This document shows, in pieces, positions 58,887-64,000 of a stretch of DNA of 64,000 nt. Positions within the stretch are counted from its first letter, which is position 1; each line of letters begins with the position of its first letter. The notes below the pieces were generated by a model that saw only the letters and a program-made list of their open reading frames with translations, did not search any database and was not told the origin of the DNA. Both the position numbers and the translations under genes were made by a program. Origin of the DNA: Alkalispirochaeta sp. (lineage in GTDB: Bacteria > Spirochaetota > Spirochaetia > DSM-27196 > Alkalispirochaetaceae); the NCBI GenBank assembly GCA_965242725.1, contig CBDESZ010000018.1, positions 1 to 64,000 of the forward strand, in the 5' to 3' direction.

Positions 58887-59876
58887 ATGAAGTATCTGCG
58901 GCGGCGAGGCGTAATCGCCTCCATAGCTGCCATATTCCTTACCGGTATTGCGGCATTCATCCTCCTTGGAAATACATCGGGATCCCCTGGAGTCGGGCAC
59001 CTCCGGGTGGAACGTGACGGAGAGACAATCCGCTCCGCTCAGGTACGCAGCGATGTGGCGGGCCTTCCCGATCCCTCGGAGCTTCCCGGATACGAGGAAA
59101 TCGCCGCACTGAAGGAGACGTTTCCGCACCGGGTATCGGCGATCAGGGCGGAAGAGGGCGAGTGGGCGCTCCTTCTGGACGGCACGTGGTACCACTGGGC
59201 GGAAGGTCGTCTCCTTCCTGCGGACTTGAAGGATAAGTGGGAGGAGTTTATTCCCATCCGCTTCTACAACTATTCATTGGGACCGTGGACGGCGCCTGAA
59301 ATATCTCCTGAACTGGAAGAGCGCCTCGTGCGTTCCACCAGAAACCGTGACAGCGACGAACGGCAGCGGTTCAACTCATTTCTTGATGACCTCTATCAGG
59401 TGAACTCCCGGGAGACTGCCGACGGGCACATGAGAAGGGTTGAATTTTTCGGGCACTCGACGCGGGTTCACCCGGAAGTGATCACCCCTCTTGCGGGTGT
59501 GGAGCGGCGAATCGACCATGTCATGCTTGAAAATCAGGAGGTCCGGGATTTCGTCAGAAACCTCGCATCCATACACGGCTACAACTGGCGTCTCATCGCG
59601 GGTACGCAGCGGCGCAGTTACCACTCCTACGGTATGGCGGTCGATCTCGTTCCCAGGACCTACAACGGCGGTTGGGCATATTGGCGATGGGCGGCGGATG
59701 GCGGTGTCGATTCGTGGTGGCGCCTTCCCGGCGACGATCGGTGGCGCATACCGCAACCGATAATCGATGCATTTGAAGCAGAGGGGTTTGTCTGGGGAGG
59801 CAAGTGGCTCTTCTTTGACAACCTCCATTTTGAGTACCGCCCTGAGGTTGTCCATATGGCGCGGAATGACCGGTGA
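58887..59876 (+). CDS. M15-family D-Ala-D-Ala carboxypeptidase-like metallopeptidase
   Basis: N-terminal TM; YNWRLIAG, SYHSYGMAVD, GFVWGGKW, DNLHFEY. Confidence 0.9.
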   Translation: MKYLRRRGVIASIAAIFLTGIAAFILLGNTSGSPGVGHLRVERDGETIRSAQVRSDVAGLPDPSELPGYEEIAALKETFPHRVSAIRAEEGEWALLLDGTWYHWAEGRLLPADLKDKWEEFIPIRFYNYSLGPWTAPEISPELEERLVRSTRNRDSDERQRFNSFLDDLYQVNSRETADGHMRRVEFFGHSTRVHPEVITPLAGVERRIDHVMLENQEVRDFVRNLASIHGYNWRLIAGTQRRSYHSYGMAVDLVPRTYNGGWAYWRWAADGGVDSWWRLPGDDRWRIPQPIIDAFEAEGFVWGGKWLFFDNLHFEYRPEVVHMARNDR

Positions 59877-59888
59877 TGCAATGCGAAC

Positions 59889-60299
59889 TCAGGGGGAATC
59901 GGGAATCACCGTGGTAAGCCGTCGGAGAAACTCACTCAGAATGCCGATACGTTCACCTGCAACGTCACGCCACCGCTTCAGCTGGAGAGTGCCGCCATCG
60001 GTGATTGTGTACACTTTGCGCGCCGGTCCTCCGCCACCTGATCGAATGGACGCTGTTACCGCCCCGTCTTTTTCCATCTCACGCAGAATACGGTAAATGA
60101 CCCCCGGATCGGGGAGCATCGACTCAGGCAGGTCCAGTTTCAGACGGCGGACAAGCTCATAACCGTGGTTCTCCTGTTCCGCGAGAAGCAGAAGGAGCCA
60201 CGTCCGGATGAGGCCGTGTACTCTGTATTCCGGTCCCTGCAGGCGCCCGCTTTCGTTTGTGTCTCCATGGGCCGGCGAAGGGTTTGCCGATCGTTTCAT
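59889..60299 (-). CDS. PadR-family transcriptional regulator
   Basis: HGYELV, GVIYRILREMEKDG, RKVYTITDGG. Confidence 0.9.
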   Translation of the reverse strand: MKRSANPSPAHGDTNESGRLQGPEYRVHGLIRTWLLLLLAEQENHGYELVRRLKLDLPESMLPDPGVIYRILREMEKDGAVTASIRSGGGGPARKVYTITDGGTLQLKRWRDVAGERIGILSEFLRRLTTVIPDSP

Positions 60300-60310
60300 C
60301 AGTATACGAC

Positions 60311-60349
60311 GATACATCACTATTGACGTTAAGTCAATAGTGATGTATC
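60311..60349. promoter_or_regulatory. 17-bp perfect inverted repeat containing both divergent promoters (probable PadR operator)
   Basis: GATACATCACTATTGAC-GTTAA-GTCAATAGTGATGTATC. Confidence 0.8.
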
Positions 60350-60417
60350 TTGGATAGAGAGACTCCCGAAATATCAATATCGGGATGGTATCTGCAATTG
60401 AAACAAGGAGTGTACTC

Positions 60418-60837
60418 GTGAAAGAAAACAGGGACAAAAGACCGCATGTCGTGGATATTGAGAAACTGACGACCGAAAATCGTACCTTCAGGACTGCCGA
60501 ATGGACGGGCAAATTTCTGCAAATGACGACGATGTCAATCGAGGTCAACGGAGAGGTCGGTCTGGAAATTCACAAAGATACCGACCAGTTTTTACGTATT
60601 GAGTCGGGACAGGCCCGGGTTCTCATGGGAACATCAAAGGAAAATCTCGACTATCAAAAGGATGCCGAGGACGATGATGCAATTTTTATCCCTTCCGGCT
60701 ACTGGCACAACATTCTGAACACCGGTGACAAACCGCTCAAGCTCTATTCCATTTATGCACCGCCTCACCATCCTGCGGACACCGTCCATGAGACCTACGA
60801 AATCGCGATGGCCGCCGAGGAGGAAGACCACGAATGA
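60418..60837 (+). CDS. Cupin-domain protein
   Basis: GLEIH..TDQFLRIE.G, IPSGYWHN..NTG, LYSIYAPPHH; SD AAGGAG before GTG. Confidence 0.9.
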   Translation: MKENRDKRPHVVDIEKLTTENRTFRTAEWTGKFLQMTTMSIEVNGEVGLEIHKDTDQFLRIESGQARVLMGTSKENLDYQKDAEDDDAIFIPSGYWHNILNTGDKPLKLYSIYAPPHHPADTVHETYEIAMAAEEEDHE

Positions 60838-60877
60838 GAAGGTATTGACCGCTGAAATTCGGGGCGGCAGTGTGCAG

Positions 60878-61063
60878 TTATTTAGAGATAATCGCCGTTA
60901 CCAAAAGGCCTAACCCGAGCCCCCCGATAATACTCCCGACAAAGTACAGTGCCGATATGTGTAAAACGAAGAATCCGACGCCGAGCCCTATGAGTACGCC
61001 GCCACCGACCGCCCAGGGGCTCCTGTCGCGGTCGTTCTTCCCGGTCTTTTCCGTTTGTTGCAT
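60878..61063 (-). CDS. Small two-TM membrane protein
   Basis: SD GGAGG; two Gly-rich hydrophobic helices. Confidence 0.7.
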   Translation of the reverse strand: MQQTEKTGKNDRDRSPWAVGGGVLIGLGVGFFVLHISALYFVGSIIGGLGLGLLVTAIISK

Positions 61064-61157
61064 TTTGTTACCTCCCGGTGAGTGTATCTGAAAAACGGCG
61101 TAAACGACATCGAAAGGGCACAACTTCTCACGCGGGCCGTACCGACGAGGGCGCGAT

Positions 61158-63320
61158 CTATACGAAAAGCGTTACGGTACTGGTGGTGCCGCCGTTGCCA
61201 TCCATTAAAAATGAACCTCTGAACTGCTCTGCCAGCATACTTACGATAGTGCTGCCGAACCCAGTCACCTGGTCGGTCTTCATTCTCCTGCTGAAACCGA
61301 CACCGTCGTCCTGCACCGTCAGTGTTACCCTGGATTCAGTCTTTTCAAGTTGGATGAGTATCCAACCGTCCGATGTATCGTCGAATGCATATTTGAACGC
61401 ATTGGTTAACAGTTCATTGAGAATGATTCCTATGGGAATTGCATCCCGTGGCGGGAGCGTGAATTCGGTGATTCGTTTCTCTATGACTACGTCTGAATGG
61501 TTATAGAATATTTCGGTAAGTGAATCGATGATCCCCTCGAGGTATTCTCTCATCGAGACATGATCATAAACCTCGCCGATTAGGAGCTTCTCGTACAGCG
61601 TGCGGGTTGTCGCAACCCGGGCCATGGCGTCGTGCAGTGCGGACCGAACATTGACGTCTTCGGTTGCGTTTGCCTGCAGGGATAGCAGGCTTTCAACCTG
61701 AGCCATGTTGTTCTTTATACGGTGGTTCACTTCTTTGAGAAGGGTTTCTTTTTCGATCAGCTGCCGCTGTATTTCTCCTTCAGCGCGTTTGCGTTCGGTA
61801 ATGTCCATCGCCGCGGCCAGTGATCCATAATAGTCTCCGTTCTGATCCAGGAGAGGAGTCGTTTCCAGGAGCAGGTAGATTCGCGCGCCGTTCTTGGTGA
61901 TAAACTCAAAATCGTGCTGTTCCTTGATCCCCTTTTTCCTTCGTTCCAAAAGGCTGGTTGCTTTCGCAATGCCCTGGTCATCCATGAAGGAAAACAAATG
62001 TGCTCCCATCATTTCCGCTACTGTATAGCCGAGCATATCGGCCATTTTCTGGTTGACATAGGTGGTATTGTTGTTCAGATCCAGTTGCCAGACACCTTCC
62101 TGGATAGTCTCAATAAGGTTCCTGTGCTGTTCTACACGTTCCCGTAGCTCATTCTCCATCTGTTTGCGCGACGTGACGTCGTCAAATGTCACGATAAGTT
62201 GATCGGAAGTGAAATGGGCAAATATCTGGCATAGCTTGACGGAACCATCCGCGCAGGTGATGCGGTACTCACCGGTATTTACCGCCGTCTCTATTTGCCG
62301 CGCCCGTCCCAGATTATCTTTCCAGCGGTGGAGAACTTCCTGTCGGTAGTCGGGGTCGGGGTAGGCGAGGGTGAACCATTCGACCACCGTCTCCGGTTGG
62401 TGCCCGAACATATCCCGGGCGCTCTTGCTCCAATACAGAATCTTTTCGTCGGCGATGTCCGCGATGCCGATGGGAAAGGGACTTGAATTAACGAGAGCCT
62501 TAAACTGTTCGATATCACGTAGAAGGGCATCTTCGCGTTGCTTTTCCCGGGTTATATCCTGCATCACACATGAGAGCTCAACGGTCTTTTTCGCGTCGTC
62601 CCGGACGACCGCGCCTCTAACCCGCATCCAACCCGTTGGTTCACCATCTTTGGCGCGCTGAAGCTCAATCTCAAAGGATTCTCCGGTTCGAAGCGACTCG
62701 TCTATGGCTTTTGTCAGCAGCTTCCAGCTTTCGGACATGAAGAACACTGCGAGGTCGTTATACGTCGACGAAAATTGTGACGGATCTACGCCAAATAACC
62801 TGTACAGTCCATCCGTCCATATTACGGCGCCGGACTCGATATGGAATCGCCATATTCCGAGTTGCGCGCCGCGCAGAGATTCCTGTAGTTCCTTTTCTCT
62901 CCGGCTGAGAGACTCCTGATGCTTGGAGACCACGTGACTTTTTTCAAACAACTTGAATGCCGTTTTTATCGACGCATCAAGCACAGCGACAGCGATACCG
63001 GAAGACTTCATAACATATCCGTAGGCGTCGATCTTTTCAGTCTTCCTTACAATTTCCGGTTCTTCATGGCTTGAGATAAAAACGATAGGGATTTTCCTGA
63101 CCTCAAGGATTCGACGAGCCGCTTCCGTTCCGTCGATGCCCCGACCGAGATCTATATCCATGAGGATGAGATCTATCGGTTTATTTCGATTGCAAACGAG
63201 GTCTATGGCCTTTTCTCCTGTGGTAACATAGGATGTCTCGTAGCCACATCTGGTCAGCTCTTGTTGTTTTGCCAGTGCAACAATCGCTTCGTCTTCAACC
63301 AGGAGAATCTTTCCGCTCAA
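61158..63320 (-). CDS. Hybrid REC-PAS-PAS-PAS-HisKA_2 cytoplasmic histidine kinase
   Basis: LVEDE, LMDIDL; three PAS/PAC segments; KEVNHRIKNN, NELLTNAFKYAF, DDGVG. Confidence 0.92.
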   Translation of the reverse strand: MSGKILLVEDEAIVALAKQQELTRCGYETSYVTTGEKAIDLVCNRNKPIDLILMDIDLGRGIDGTEAARRILEVRKIPIVFISSHEEPEIVRKTEKIDAYGYVMKSSGIAVAVLDASIKTAFKLFEKSHVVSKHQESLSRREKELQESLRGAQLGIWRFHIESGAVIWTDGLYRLFGVDPSQFSSTYNDLAVFFMSESWKLLTKAIDESLRTGESFEIELQRAKDGEPTGWMRVRGAVVRDDAKKTVELSCVMQDITREKQREDALLRDIEQFKALVNSSPFPIGIADIADEKILYWSKSARDMFGHQPETVVEWFTLAYPDPDYRQEVLHRWKDNLGRARQIETAVNTGEYRITCADGSVKLCQIFAHFTSDQLIVTFDDVTSRKQMENELRERVEQHRNLIETIQEGVWQLDLNNNTTYVNQKMADMLGYTVAEMMGAHLFSFMDDQGIAKATSLLERRKKGIKEQHDFEFITKNGARIYLLLETTPLLDQNGDYYGSLAAAMDITERKRAEGEIQRQLIEKETLLKEVNHRIKNNMAQVESLLSLQANATEDVNVRSALHDAMARVATTRTLYEKLLIGEVYDHVSMREYLEGIIDSLTEIFYNHSDVVIEKRITEFTLPPRDAIPIGIILNELLTNAFKYAFDDTSDGWILIQLEKTESRVTLTVQDDGVGFSRRMKTDQVTGFGSTIVSMLAEQFRGSFLMDGNGGTTSTVTLFV

Positions 63321-63706
63321 TTTGGAACACCTGCCACATTGTTTATGCTATGGGTATACCGGATCGTTGTCAAAGCGGCCGAATGGTCGGCTTCGATGGA
63401 AAAATAATCTCACTCGAACAACACCGCCCTTTTCTATCGCGCTCAGGGGGAACTCGATCCCCGACTCTCGGCTTAGAAGGCCGATGGTTCTACCTCCTTG
63501 TATGTTTCGTGTCCATATGAGGCGCCCGCCGAGAAGGCATTCGGTGGTCGATTTTCCGATTACCTCAAATGGCTTGTGGTAAACGATATGGGGTTGAAGT
63601 AAGTCCGGACGTCGTTTCGGTGACCGTGGTCAGCGAAAACAACTGGAGGACCTGCTTTTCAACAGGAATTGACTGCATAAAAATTTATGCGTATGCTCTT
63701 TGCGGG

Positions 63707-63973
63707 ATGGAGTTCGAGTTTGACCCGGTAAAATCCGACGGGAATGCTCGCAAGCACGGGATAGACTTTAAGACCGCCCAAGAATTGTGGCAGGATAACA
63801 GGCTGATCGTTCTCCCGTCCAGGTTTGCTGAAGAAACACGTTTTCTCGCCGTGGGAAAGATTAAAGACAAGCATTGGACAGCTATCTTCACCGAGCGGGG
63901 CGAATACATAAGATTGATCAGCGTCCGACGTTCAAGAATAGAGGAGAGGGGGCTATATGAGCGAAACAAATAG
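63707..63973 (+). CDS. brnT: BrnT-family toxin
   Basis: FEFDP.K...N..KHGIDF, E.RF..VG, IRLISVR; promoter TTGACT-17-TATGCT. Confidence 0.9.
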   Translation: MEFEFDPVKSDGNARKHGIDFKTAQELWQDNRLIVLPSRFAEETRFLAVGKIKDKHWTAIFTERGEYIRLISVRRSRIEERGLYERNK

Positions 63974-64000
63974 AGATAACCTCGAAAAACGCTTCGACGC
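63957..64000 (+). CDS. Probable BrnA antitoxin, 3' partial
   Basis: ATG overlapping the brnT end; MSETNRDNLEKRFD... Confidence 0.6.
   Translation, partial: MSETNRDNLEKRFD

Noticed and set aside
63322..63706. ORF 63322-63582 and the N-terminal extension of brnT from 63569
   Set aside because: No motifs; BrnT similarity starts at MEFEFD, just downstream of a TTGACT-17-TATGCT promoter

Overview
Chromosomal window from a moderately GC-rich bacterium. Spirochaetal-type lipoboxes, several chemoreceptors and 7TM/PAS kinases suggest a free-living spirochaete (inference). It is mostly metabolic, transport and signalling genes: a GshB-like ligase, an M29 aminopeptidase, rraA, two aldehyde dehydrogenases, two ABC transporters, two MCPs, wrbA, metA, ndh-like/menA/yceI, hisC, feoB-feoC-dtxR, rlmI, threonine dehydrogenase-kbl and tRNA-fMet. 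Accessory elements are a complete 2603-bp IS21-family element that splits a marR-wrbA operon, three toxin-antitoxin loci (one with a truncated higB) and a 1301-aa collagen/beta-helix lipoprotein. The most interesting signals are: (1) a SatD-family cyclase-fold/HTH gene coupled to a membrane protein, below three GAAC-N7-GTTC palindromes at an exact 28-bp period; (2) a 20-codon Met-Met-Met leader peptide with an anti-SD upstream of metA; (3) about ten apparently leaderless promoters; (4) a structured element built from tRNA 3'-end copies. Two genes carry +1 G frameshifts that may be sequencing errors. No CRISPR array or rRNA was seen. Family assignments come from recognising motifs by eye, not from database searches.
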